This document shows, piece by piece, positions 17,224 through 26,614 of a stretch of 64,000 nt of DNA. Source of the DNA: Betaproteobacteria bacterium (GTDB lineage: Bacteria > Pseudomonadota > Gammaproteobacteria > Burkholderiales > SG8-39). The notes below the pieces were generated by a model. It made no database searches and was not told where the DNA came from. It saw nothing but the letters and a program-made list of their open reading frames with translations. The first letter of the stretch is position 1. The number at the start of each line of letters is the position of its first letter. The translations under genes were made by a program, and so were the position numbers. The DNA lies in the NCBI GenBank assembly GCA_947479645.1, contig CANKAJ010000002.1:400-64399 (forward strand), in the 5' to 3' direction.

Positions 17224-18195
17224 ATGAAGTTTCTGTCTGGTCTGATCGGCAGTGCGACGGTCCTGCTTGCGAGTATTTTTATTTCCGCAATCTGCGCGAA
17301 TGCCGGTGCAGCTTATCCGGAACGCCCGGTCCGAATGATTGTTGGATTTTCTGCGGGAGGAGGCGCGGATATTCTGGCACGCCTTGCCGCCAAGGGATTG
17401 GCCGACCGTTTGAAGCAGAACTTTGTGGTTGATAACAGGGCGGGTGCAGACGGATCCATTGCAGCGACCGCGGTGGCGCGGGCGGATGCTGATGGATATA
17501 CCTTGCTGGTGACGACTTCCGCACTGACGATTACCCCTGCATTTCAACAGCAGGCATTCAATCCGGTCAGCAGTTTTGAGCCGATTATTGTCATGGGCTC
17601 GTCACCGAGCCTGCTGCTGGTGCATCCGACGGTTCCTGTGTATTCGGTGCAGGAACTGGTGGCGCTCGCGAAGTCCAAGCCTGGTCAACTGACCTATGGT
17701 TCCAGCGGGACAGGAACAATTCCTTACCTGGCCATGGAACTCTTCAAGGATCATTTTGGAATTGACATGGTTCATGTGCCCTATAAGGGTGGGGGTGATC
17801 AGCTGACCAGTCTGCTGGCAGGGGATGTTCAGCTGACCTTTCTTGCCATAGGCACGACTCTCCCCTTTGTAAAGGCTGGCAAGATGCGTGCGCTCGCCGT
17901 GAATTCACCCCGGCGATGGTCTCAGGTGCCGGATGTTCCGACCATTGCGGAGGTCGGGATGGCGGGATTCGAGGCTTCGACATGGTATGGCGTGCTGGCG
18001 CCAAGCAAGACGGCACGCGAGGTCATCACGCGGCTGAATTCCGAGATCGGTTCGATTATCCGTTCCAGGGAAGGTCAGGAAGCCATGGACAGGCAGGGCT
18101 TTGCCACGCTGGTGGGTACGCCCGAGCAATTTGGAGAGTTGATCAAGGCTGACCTTCAAAGGTGGTCTGGATTGGTCAAGAAATTGGTGAAATAG
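17224..18195 (+). CDS. Bug/TctC-family periplasmic substrate-binding protein
   Basis: MKFLSGLIGSATVLLASIFISAICANAGAAYPERPVRMIVGFSAGGGAD. GGAGA SD upstream of ATG 17224. Confidence 0.9.
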   Translation: MKFLSGLIGSATVLLASIFISAICANAGAAYPERPVRMIVGFSAGGGADILARLAAKGLADRLKQNFVVDNRAGADGSIAATAVARADADGYTLLVTTSALTITPAFQQQAFNPVSSFEPIIVMGSSPSLLLVHPTVPVYSVQELVALAKSKPGQLTYGSSGTGTIPYLAMELFKDHFGIDMVHVPYKGGGDQLTSLLAGDVQLTFLAIGTTLPFVKAGKMRALAVNSPRRWSQVPDVPTIAEVGMAGFEASTWYGVLAPSKTAREVITRLNSEIGSIIRSREGQEAMDRQGFATLVGTPEQFGELIKADLQRWSGLVKKLVK

Positions 18196-18236
18196 CAGGG
18201 GTTTCAGAATATCGATTTAGTCCGGGGGTTAATGTT

Positions 18237-19223
18237 ATGTTGTTGCGCATGCGAGCGAAAATCCTGTTGAGGATGCTTTGCTGGATCGTACTTTTCGCTG
18301 CGGTGCCGATATTCGGCGCGGCAGCGGCAGAAGTCTATCCGGCCAGACCCGTGCGAATTGTTGTTGGCTTCACACCCGGCGGCGGAACCGATCTGGTTGC
18401 GCGCATGGTGGCAGGCAAATTGGGCGACCAGCTGAAAACGAGCTTCATTGTCGAGAACAAGGTCGGTGCGAGCGGAAACATCGCCGGGCAACAGGTGGCA
18501 ACGGCCAGACCGGATGGCTATACGCTGCTGTGGGTGCCGATTGCGCACGCGGTAAATGCAGCAATAGGGAAGGATCTGACCTACGCGCCGGTGGCCGACT
18601 TTGCGCCAGTCAGTCTGGTCATGTCCAATCCCACCTTGATCAATGTCAGTCCTTCAATATCGGTGACGACGGTGCGCGAGTTGATTGCAATGGCCAAGGC
18701 ACAACCAGGCAAGTTGAGTTACGCCAGCAGTGGAGTGGGCAGTTCTTCTCACATTGCCGCAGCCTTGTTTGAATTGCTGGCGGGTGTTCAGATGCTGCAT
18801 GTTCCATACAAGGGTGGTGGCGACGCCCAGCGCGCCGTACTTTCGGGGGATGTATCGCTGTCATTCAATGACATTCAGGCATCCATTCCATTGGTGCGTG
18901 GCGGAAAAATCAAGGCGATCGCCAGTACTGGAAAACGGCGCGCCAAGGTGCTGGCTGATATTCCAACGGTGGCCGAATCGGGCCTCCCGGAATATGAGTA
19001 TTCAGTATGGTTCGGGCTGTTGGCGCCAAAACGGACTCCTGCAGAAATTGTCAGTAAACTCCATACGGAAATCGTCGCCATACTGAAGAGTCCGGATCTG
19101 GCGCAAAAGTTCGAGGCCGATGGTGGTGAAGTGATCGGCAGTTCCCCGGAAGAGTTTTCGCGGTTTCTGAACGCGGAAGTAGAGAAGTGGCGAAAGGTTG
19201 TGAGGGCTGCCGGGATCGAATAA
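18237..19223 (+). CDS. Bug/TctC-family periplasmic substrate-binding protein
   Basis: Signal peptide, AEVYPARPVRIVVGFTPGGGTD, SSGVGSSSHI, HVPYKGGG. Start ATG 18237, or alternatively 18249. Confidence 0.9.
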   Translation: MLLRMRAKILLRMLCWIVLFAAVPIFGAAAAEVYPARPVRIVVGFTPGGGTDLVARMVAGKLGDQLKTSFIVENKVGASGNIAGQQVATARPDGYTLLWVPIAHAVNAAIGKDLTYAPVADFAPVSLVMSNPTLINVSPSISVTTVRELIAMAKAQPGKLSYASSGVGSSSHIAAALFELLAGVQMLHVPYKGGGDAQRAVLSGDVSLSFNDIQASIPLVRGGKIKAIASTGKRRAKVLADIPTVAESGLPEYEYSVWFGLLAPKRTPAEIVSKLHTEIVAILKSPDLAQKFEADGGEVIGSSPEEFSRFLNAEVEKWRKVVRAAGIE

Positions 19224-19284
19224 GTTCCCGGTTGATCCAGGCCTTCATTCTTGAAATTTACTTTATTTGGATGCACGTGTCGTC

Positions 19285-20685
19285 ATGAAAGAAGAATTGC
19301 GCAGTGAAGTGGTTGTAATCGGCGGTGGCATCGCCGGTCTGGTTACCGCCAATCGGGCGGCCCAGCTTGGCAAGAAGGTGGTCCTTCTGGAAAAGGGGAC
19401 TGATGAAAAGTACCTCTGCAACAGCAGATGGACGGGGGGCACTTTTCATGTGCACTTCACCGATCCGCTCGCCGATGAGGAGAAGTTGCTCAAGGTCATC
19501 CGTGAGGCTACCGATGGATTCGCAACGGAAGAACTTGCGCAGGCGCTTGCGGTCGACTCGCCGCGGCTCATCAAGTGGCTTCGGGCCGAAGGTGTACAGA
19601 TGATTCATATGGGCGGCTACCATTCGTGCATTCTGGCGCCACCCGCTCGTACCGGCCCCGGCCTTGAATGGGAGGGGCGTGGCGGTGATGTCATGCTGAG
19701 ACGGCTCGAGGCCAATCTCGTCAAGCGTGGTGGCCGTCTGGTCAGGGGCGCCAAGGTGCTTGCACTTGATGTTGCCGGGGGTACTGGCGTTGGACTGGAG
19801 GTTCTCCAGGGAGGCGAGAGCGTACGCTATGAGGCTGGGGATGTTGTCATTGCGGATGGTGGATTTCCTGCTGATCATGACTTGATACGCCAGTACATTT
19901 CTCCTTGTCCGGAAAAGATTCTGCGCCGCAATGCCGGCGCAGGCACAGGAGACGGGTTGCGCATGGCCGTGGCCGTGGGTGCGGGCTTGACCGGAGGGCT
20001 GGACTGCTTTTACGGGCATCTGCTGAGCCGGGATGCCATGAATAATAATCGACTTTGGCCTAGACCCTATCTGGATGCGCTTGTTACTGCAGGAATTGTT
20101 ATCAACGGTCATGGTGAGCGTTTTGCCGATGAAGGCAATGGCGGAGTGTACATGGCCAACTCGGTTGCGAGACTCCAGGATCCATTGAGCGCAACCCTGG
20201 TGTTTGACCACGCCGCGTGGATGGGGCCGGGTGCGAACAGCATTATTCCGGCGAATCCGCACCTGATCAATGGTGGCGGAACATTGCACAAGGCGGAGAC
20301 GATCGAAGCGCTCGCGGCGCTGATCGGTGTGCCTGCAGCCACGTTGGTAAAACAGGTCTCGGACTACAACTCGGCCCTGCGGGCGGCCACGACCGCCAGC
20401 CTGAAGCCGTCGCGGCGTACGGACCGGCATAAACCCATGTTGATCGATGTTGGGCCGTTCTATGCCATCCCACTGTGTACCGGCATCACGCACGTTATGG
20501 GAGGCATTGCCATCAATGCAAGCAGCCAGGTTCTGGACAAAGCCGGACAGCCAATTGCCCATCTCTACGCGGCCGGAACCTGCACTGGCGGAATTGAAGG
20601 TGGCCCCGCCATTGGTTACATCGGGGGCTTGAGCAAATCTGGCGTGACCGGATTGCGAGCAGCGGAACGGATAGCCCAGGCGTAG
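19285..20685 (+). CDS. FAD-dependent oxidoreductase, subfamily 1 (paralog of 5960-7372)
   Basis: EVVVIGGGIAGLVTANRAAQLGKKVVLLEKG...CNSRWTGGTFHVHF parallels ...CNSRYSGGIFHIAF in 5960-7372. First ATG in frame is at 19285. Confidence 0.85.
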   Translation: MKEELRSEVVVIGGGIAGLVTANRAAQLGKKVVLLEKGTDEKYLCNSRWTGGTFHVHFTDPLADEEKLLKVIREATDGFATEELAQALAVDSPRLIKWLRAEGVQMIHMGGYHSCILAPPARTGPGLEWEGRGGDVMLRRLEANLVKRGGRLVRGAKVLALDVAGGTGVGLEVLQGGESVRYEAGDVVIADGGFPADHDLIRQYISPCPEKILRRNAGAGTGDGLRMAVAVGAGLTGGLDCFYGHLLSRDAMNNNRLWPRPYLDALVTAGIVINGHGERFADEGNGGVYMANSVARLQDPLSATLVFDHAAWMGPGANSIIPANPHLINGGGTLHKAETIEALAALIGVPAATLVKQVSDYNSALRAATTASLKPSRRTDRHKPMLIDVGPFYAIPLCTGITHVMGGIAINASSQVLDKAGQPIAHLYAAGTCTGGIEGGPAIGYIGGLSKSGVTGLRAAERIAQA

Positions 20686-20705
20686 CCGCAATATAAAGGT
20701 CGGCC

Positions 20706-22406
20706 ATGGAGCCCTGGGACATTACAACCGACCTGCTGGTATTGGGTTCAGGTGCCGCGGGCATGACGGCTGCGGTTGTCGGAGCCACTGAAGGCGCGCA
20801 GGTTCTGGTCTGTGAAAAGATGTCGCAAGTGGGCGGGACCACTGCGACTTCGGCAGGGACTGCGTGGGTCCCAGGCAATTTCAAGGCGGCCGAATCCGGA
20901 GCACCGGATCCCCGTGACCAGATTGAAGCTTATCTACAGGCTGAACTGGGTGAACTCGCCAATACTGAAACCTTCAGGGCGTTCATGGAGTCAGGTCCGG
21001 AAGCGATTCGCTATCTTGAGGCGAACTCCCAGGTCCGCTTTGATATCGTACGCAATCCTGACTATCACCTGCATCAGCCAGGAGCGGTGGAAATTGGAAG
21101 GGCACTGGTGCCCACTCCATTCGATGGCCGAACCCTGGGGGAGGACTTCCTGCTGCTCAGGGAACCGCGCAATACCTTGATGATTCTGGGTGGCATGATG
21201 ATTGGACGGCGCGAAATCATCACCCTGCTGGACCCGTTCGCCTCCATGGAGGCCTTGCGGCATGTCGTGTCCATCATTGTGCGGCATCTGTCTGACCGTT
21301 TGCGCTTTCATCGTGGTACGCGCCTCATGCTCGGCAATGCACTGGTGGCAAGATTCCTCGCCAGTCTGAGACATTTGAAAGTTCCGATTCGGACCAACGC
21401 AGTGCTGAAGAAACTGATACTGCGTGAGGGGCGTGTCGAGGGAGCGGTGGTTGAGATTAACGGGGTCCCAAAGCGAGTTCTCGCCAATCGGGGTGTGCTG
21501 CTGGCAACCGGAGGCTTTCCGGGAGACACCCCGCTTCTGTCGAGACTGGCCGGGAATATTGATGGCATACGCAGCTATGCTTATGAGGACAGTATCGGAG
21601 AAGGGATCAGGCTGGCGCGGGAGATTGGTGCGTCCATCGACGAAGATCATTCCACGCCGGCCTTCTGGACGCCGATATCGGTGATGAGATCCAGCAATGG
21701 CGCTGAAACACTCTGGGCACATCACTCACTGGATCGGGCCAAACCAGGTCTGATCGCGGTCAACCGCAATGGCAGACGCTTTGTCAATGAAGGGGACTCC
21801 TATCACGACTTTGCACTGGGAATGGTTCAGGCGAAGCATTCTTCATCATCGGTCCCCGCTTTTCTTGTTTGCGATTACAAGTTCATCCGAAAATACGGTC
21901 TTGGTCTGGTTCGTCCCCGGTTTCAGCGATTGAAGGCGCATGTCGCTAGCGGATATTTGCTCGAGTCAAATTCCATCGAAGGTCTTGCACGAAAAGCCGG
22001 AATCGATCCCGGTGGATTGCAAGCCACGGTCATGGAAAATAATCGCTTTGCACTGACCGGGAAGGACGAGGCCTTTCATAAAGGTGAAAGAGGTCTCAAT
22101 CGTTACTATGGCGATGCGGACAACCATCCGAATCCCTGCTTGGGACCCATCGGCACGCCGCCGTATTACGCGGTGGCTGTCTATCCGGGGGTGATTGCCA
22201 CCAGCGTTGGCATCAGTACAGATGCGGATGCACGTGTTCTGACCGCTGCCGGCACGCCAATTCCCGGTTTGTATGCCTGCGGAACCGACATGAGTTCCAT
22301 CATGAAGGGACGTTACCTGGGCCCCGGCATCAATATCGGACCCGCCATCGCATTTGGATATCGGGCAGCTTTGCATGCCGTAGGTTCTGGTTCAAACGGC
22401 AATTGA
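20706..22406 (+). CDS. FAD-dependent oxidoreductase (KstD-like), subfamily 2 (paralog of 7434-9029)
   Basis: TDLLVLGSGAAGMTAAVVGATEGAQVLVCEKMSQVGGTT; C-terminal GLYACGTDMSS. Confidence 0.85.
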   Translation: MEPWDITTDLLVLGSGAAGMTAAVVGATEGAQVLVCEKMSQVGGTTATSAGTAWVPGNFKAAESGAPDPRDQIEAYLQAELGELANTETFRAFMESGPEAIRYLEANSQVRFDIVRNPDYHLHQPGAVEIGRALVPTPFDGRTLGEDFLLLREPRNTLMILGGMMIGRREIITLLDPFASMEALRHVVSIIVRHLSDRLRFHRGTRLMLGNALVARFLASLRHLKVPIRTNAVLKKLILREGRVEGAVVEINGVPKRVLANRGVLLATGGFPGDTPLLSRLAGNIDGIRSYAYEDSIGEGIRLAREIGASIDEDHSTPAFWTPISVMRSSNGAETLWAHHSLDRAKPGLIAVNRNGRRFVNEGDSYHDFALGMVQAKHSSSSVPAFLVCDYKFIRKYGLGLVRPRFQRLKAHVASGYLLESNSIEGLARKAGIDPGGLQATVMENNRFALTGKDEAFHKGERGLNRYYGDADNHPNPCLGPIGTPPYYAVAVYPGVIATSVGISTDADARVLTAAGTPIPGLYACGTDMSSIMKGRYLGPGINIGPAIAFGYRAALHAVGSGSNGN

Positions 22407-22459
22407 CTGCAGTCTTGTTGATTGCGGTTTGTGGTTCACATCGAAAACAAGGAGTCCAA

Positions 22460-23425
22460 TTGAATACTGTTGTGAAACTGATCGCTTTGATGCTGCTTAT
22501 TCCGATCTGGGGGCATGCGCAGGAATTTCCGTCAAACCCTGTGCGGGTGATTGTTCCATTTGCGCCCGGGGCAAGCACCGATATGTTGGCCAGAACGGTC
22601 GCTCAGAAGATGCAGCAAAACATGGGTGCAAGCTTTGTCGTTGAGAACCAGGCGGGCGCCAGCGGAATGCTCGGTATCAATGCCGTAGCGAAGGCCGCTC
22701 CCAATGGCTATACCCTGGGAATCGCGTCGCCGTCCACGCATTCCATTGCAGCGGCGCTGAAAAAGAAATTGCCCTATGACCCGATCAAGGACTTCACGCT
22801 GATCAGTACGCTTGCCAAGTACATCTCTGTACTGGTGGTGAATCCACAGTTGCCTGCCAGCACATTGAAGGAATTCATTGACTACGCCAAACGCAACCCG
22901 AGCAAAGTGTCATACGCCAGTGCCGGCGCGGGTTCCAGCACCCACCTGTTGGCGGAAATGCTTCAGCTGACCGGGCAGTTCAAGATGGTCCATGTGCCGT
23001 TTCGTGGCGGCGGGCAGGGACTGCAGGATCTGATGGGAGGGCACGTGCCGGCAGCGGTGATCAGCATCGCCGGTGTAGGCAACCTGATCAAGGAAGGCAA
23101 GTTGCGGGCAATCGCAGTGTTTGAGCGGGAGCGCTACGCCGAGTTTCCCAATGTTCCGGCGGTCACGGAAGAGCTGCGCGATATCAGGCCGAGAATTTCC
23201 TGGTTCGGGCTGCTCGGACCGGCTGGCTTGCCACCAACAGTCACATCAAAACTCAACGCCGAGGTGCTCAAGGCGCTCAAGGCACCCGATGTGCGACAAA
23301 AACTCGAACCCATGGCGTTTCTGATGCTTGGGAGTTCATCGCAGGAGTTCGCAGAAGTGATCAGGGAAGACATCACCGCCTGGAGCAAAATCGTTGCGAC
23401 GGCGGATATCAAGGTTGACGACTGA
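22460..23425 (+). CDS. Bug/TctC-family periplasmic substrate-binding protein
   Basis: TTG 22460 preceded by AAGGAG gives a normal signal peptide (NTVVKLIALMLLIPIWGHAQEFPSNPVRVIVPFAPGAS). The ORF track begins at TTG 22403. Confidence 0.85.
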   Translation: MNTVVKLIALMLLIPIWGHAQEFPSNPVRVIVPFAPGASTDMLARTVAQKMQQNMGASFVVENQAGASGMLGINAVAKAAPNGYTLGIASPSTHSIAAALKKKLPYDPIKDFTLISTLAKYISVLVVNPQLPASTLKEFIDYAKRNPSKVSYASAGAGSSTHLLAEMLQLTGQFKMVHVPFRGGGQGLQDLMGGHVPAAVISIAGVGNLIKEGKLRAIAVFERERYAEFPNVPAVTEELRDIRPRISWFGLLGPAGLPPTVTSKLNAEVLKALKAPDVRQKLEPMAFLMLGSSSQEFAEVIREDITAWSKIVATADIKVDD

Positions 23426-23486
23426 GCGTGCGGGCATTTTCCAGCATTCCGAATGGTTGCCAGATAATCCCGCATTTTTGCATAGC

Positions 23487-23891
23487 CTATCTTGCAAGCA
23501 GTTCCTGAATGGATCGTATCGCAGGCCCGATCGACCAGGTCACGCCGCCTGTCGATTTGTCGATCAGAATGGGCCGAGCAGGCAATGAAGTATTGATTTC
23601 AAAAAATGTCACTTCCCAACGGGTTCCCTGGTCCGATATGCGGCCCAGCGCGCCCTGTGTTGGGGAAAATTTCTGCCAATACAATCTGGCAATCTGCTGT
23701 GCTTCTGTCTCATCAACTCCATCTTCAATTCGTACTCTCGCGACAGATTCTCTGAGCAATGCATCGCGTCGGCTGGCCGATTCGGTCTGCCTCTGTAATT
23801 CCTCCTTGGTCATTGAGCACCCGGAAAGCGCCAGGCTACCGATGGCGAGCGAAAGTAGCAGTACATCGCGTATCCGCAACGTTTTCCCCAT
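23487..23891 (-). CDS. putative lipoprotein, function unknown
   Basis: MGKTLRIRDVLLLSLAIGSLALSGC contains a lipobox (LSGC). Confidence 0.6.
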   Translation of the reverse strand: MGKTLRIRDVLLLSLAIGSLALSGCSMTKEELQRQTESASRRDALLRESVARVRIEDGVDETEAQQIARLYWQKFSPTQGALGRISDQGTRWEVTFFEINTSLPARPILIDKSTGGVTWSIGPAIRSIQELLAR

Positions 23892-23962
23892 ATCATTACC
23901 CTTTACCATCATTGCAAGAATTCACTGCAAAAGATTGTTTTATCGTTGGCAACACTAAACAA

Positions 23963-24052
23963 GATCTGAAATCTGGAGAAAGCGTACAAAGTGTTTCCTC
24001 TGCAGTCGGGGATATACAAGGGGGCGAGCCCACTTGTTCGATACTTCCCTCC
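23963..24052. repeat. dispersed intergenic repeat, copy A (inverted relative to copy B at 36661-36776)
   Basis: By hand alignment, 50 of 61 core positions match the reverse complement of copy B (shared GTGTTTCCTCTG and GGGGATATACAAGGGG). A further shared tail AGCCCACTTGTTC..TACTTCC follows. Confidence 0.7.
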
Positions 24053-24162
24053 GTATATCTTACTCCTGGCATGTCCAGTGAGAAAAAGACCCTGTAACCG
24101 ACGTATTCTTCGTGGTCGTGTTTTTGGTTCAATGTATTCAATATATCGACAGGAATTCAGCA

Positions 24163-25011
24163 ATGCCGACAGCTCCATACGTTGCAATGGCAGGTCAAAG
24201 AAGCGCCACGATGAGCATGCTCAATGCCGCCTTGGCAGCGTTATTGTGTCTGATCATGATCGGCAACAATCATGCTGCTCCAGGTGAATTTGGTGTAGTC
24301 CTTCTACATGCGAAATGGGGTGCGCCGCAAAGGCTTGAGACGCTGGCGCGGGATCTTGAAAAACAGGGCTATCTGGTCAGCATTCCGGAAATGGCCTGGT
24401 CCGGGGAGCGCATGTATGACATTGACTATGCCGCCGCCCTTCAGGAAATAGAAAAACATGGAAATGCATTGCGTGCCCGCGGTGCCAAGCGGGTCATCGT
24501 TGCCGGCCAAAGCCTGGGGGCCAATGCGGCCGTGGCTTATGCGTCATCCGGGCGAAGTGTGGATGGCCTGGTGTTGCTGTCTCCCGGACATTTTCCGGAG
24601 TCGGGTATGGGCAAAAGACTGAATCCAAGCATCGAGCGAGCACGCAGTCTGATGGCGGCCAACAAGGGTAGCCAGTTGGCGACGTTTGAGGATATCAATC
24701 AAGGACAGATTCGCGTAGTCAGGACCACCGCGCGGAATTACTTTTCCTACTTTGACCCGGAGGGACTAGGGGCGATGACGCGAAACATCCGAAAGCTTCC
24801 CAAGCCACTGCCATTGATGCTTGTGATTGGCAGCGACGACCCGTTCCTGCCTGAGTCAAGAGCCATGTTTGATTCGGCCCCCTCCAGTCCTGCCAGCCGT
24901 TACCTGGTGCTTGATGGAGACCATTTCAGCGTGCCCGGCGCTGTCTCGGGGGAGTTGTTGAAATGGCTGGGGACACTGGCAAACAAGGGCGTTATGCCCG
25001 CTTCAAGATGA
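24163..25011 (+). CDS. alpha/beta hydrolase, probably exported
   Basis: Nucleophile elbow GQSLGAN. Hydrophobic leader LNAALAALLCLIMIGNNHA. Start is ATG 24163, or alternatively 24211. Confidence 0.7.
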   Translation: MPTAPYVAMAGQRSATMSMLNAALAALLCLIMIGNNHAAPGEFGVVLLHAKWGAPQRLETLARDLEKQGYLVSIPEMAWSGERMYDIDYAAALQEIEKHGNALRARGAKRVIVAGQSLGANAAVAYASSGRSVDGLVLLSPGHFPESGMGKRLNPSIERARSLMAANKGSQLATFEDINQGQIRVVRTTARNYFSYFDPEGLGAMTRNIRKLPKPLPLMLVIGSDDPFLPESRAMFDSAPSSPASRYLVLDGDHFSVPGAVSGELLKWLGTLANKGVMPASR

Positions 25012-25014
25012 CTT

Positions 25015-26454
25015 CTATGCTCTTTTGTAAATATCTTCAAACCGCACAATATCGTCTTCACCCAGATAATCACCTGATTGCACCTCGATGAGATAAAGCG
25101 GTTCTGCGCCCGGATTTTCCAGGCGATGCTTGGACTCCTTCGGGATATAAGTGGACTGGTCACGCGACAGCATCATTACACTGTCACCCACAGTCACTCG
25201 CGCTACTCCCGATACGACGACCCAGTGCTCGGTGCGTCGGTGATGCAGTTGCAGAGATAGTGCAGCACCAGGTTTGACCATCAGGCGCTTTACCTGGAAT
25301 TGGGAGGCGCCACGAATTTCCGTGCTGGAACTGGCATCGATGCTTTCATAATAGCCCCAGGGCCGGTATACGCGCCGGTGATTGAGATGCTCGGTGCGTC
25401 TCTTGCCATCAAGGCGGGATACCACATCCTTGACCGCCTGGGCGTTGTCTCGGGTAGTCACCAGCACCGCATCACTTGTCTCGACGACGACAACATTGTC
25501 CAGACCGGTCACTGACAGCATCCTGCTTTCGGCGCGCAGATAACTGTTGCGCGTTTGGTACGCATCGATGTCGCCACGCACGACGTTGCCATCCTGGTTT
25601 TTTTTCGCCGTCTCCCACAGGGTCGCCCATGAGCCAACATCGCTCCAGCCGATATCGGCGGGCACTACGGCAGCCTTGGTGGTTCGCTCCATTACCGCGT
25701 AGTCAATGGATTCAGCCGGACAGGCGGCGAAGCTCGCGGCATCAAGACGGCAAAAATCGCGATCATCCGAGCGCTTTTCCCAGGTCGTTGTGACTGAAGC
25801 CAGGATGTCTGGTCGGTACTGTCCCAGTTCCTCCACATAGCGGCGCGCTGACATGACGAACATGCCACTGTTCCACAACAGGCCCGCCGAAACCAGTTTG
25901 GCGGCAGTGGCAGCCTGTGGCTTTTCAACAAACGATTTGACGCTATAGCATCCATCGGCCAGCGTTTCACCGCATTCAATGTAGCCGTAGCCGGTCTCGG
26001 GCTTGTCCGGCACGATACCGAAGGTGGCAAGTGAACCTGCCGTTGCCGCGCGGACTGCAATCGCCACTGCGCGAGCGAAAGCGGCTTCGTCATGAATGAG
26101 ATGGTCTGCAGGGAGCACCAACATGATGGAATCGGGTTGCAACGCCATGACGGCCATGGCAGCAACGGCCAGAGCCGGCGCGGTGTTGCGTGCAGAGGGC
26201 TCTAGAATGATGGTTTGCGGTGTAATGCCGATCTCGAGCAACTGCTCGGCAGCGAGGAATCGGTGTTCCTCGCTGCACACAATGACCGGGGCCGAAATGC
26301 CTTCAAGGCCGGCCGCACGCAGGGCGGTATCCTGCAACATTGAACGCTCGGAAACCAGCGGCAAGAACTGCTTTGGCAGCAGGCGTCGTGACATCGGCCA
26401 TAGCCGTGTACCCGCACCGCCGCAGAGTATGATCGGAATCAATCTGGGATTCAT
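25015..26454 (-). CDS. manC: mannose-1-phosphate guanylyltransferase / mannose-6-phosphate isomerase (type II PMI-GMP)
   Basis: IPIILCGGAGTRLWPMSRRLLPKQF nucleotidyltransferase signature. C-terminal cupin with LQLHHRRTEHWVVVSG. Confidence 0.9.
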   Translation of the reverse strand: MNPRLIPIILCGGAGTRLWPMSRRLLPKQFLPLVSERSMLQDTALRAAGLEGISAPVIVCSEEHRFLAAEQLLEIGITPQTIILEPSARNTAPALAVAAMAVMALQPDSIMLVLPADHLIHDEAAFARAVAIAVRAATAGSLATFGIVPDKPETGYGYIECGETLADGCYSVKSFVEKPQAATAAKLVSAGLLWNSGMFVMSARRYVEELGQYRPDILASVTTTWEKRSDDRDFCRLDAASFAACPAESIDYAVMERTTKAAVVPADIGWSDVGSWATLWETAKKNQDGNVVRGDIDAYQTRNSYLRAESRMLSVTGLDNVVVVETSDAVLVTTRDNAQAVKDVVSRLDGKRRTEHLNHRRVYRPWGYYESIDASSSTEIRGASQFQVKRLMVKPGAALSLQLHHRRTEHWVVVSGVARVTVGDSVMMLSRDQSTYIPKESKHRLENPGAEPLYLIEVQSGDYLGEDDIVRFEDIYKRA

Positions 26455-26614
26455 TGAATAACAAACTTTCAAATGTTCAGAATGAACTCATTGTAACCAG
26501 CCTCTGCCACAGACAACTGCATGACTTGCTGGAAATTGCCGGGAACATCAGGATGAGAATACCCTGCTTTCAGCGCCGCAATTCTGGTGCGGGCAACTGA
26601 ACCTGGGTTGCGCG

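Noticed and set aside
19258-20691. 477 aa minus-strand ORF
   Set aside because: It is an exact mirror of the plus-strand flavoprotein gene, which has a clear GxGxxG FAD fold and a paralog in the window. The antisense product is Arg/Ala/Gly-rich with no motif.
25009-25017. Convergent stop codons of the hydrolase and manC genes, only 3 bp apart with no terminator
   Set aside because: This is real in the sequence but not unusual in compact genomes, and I cannot support any functional inference from it.
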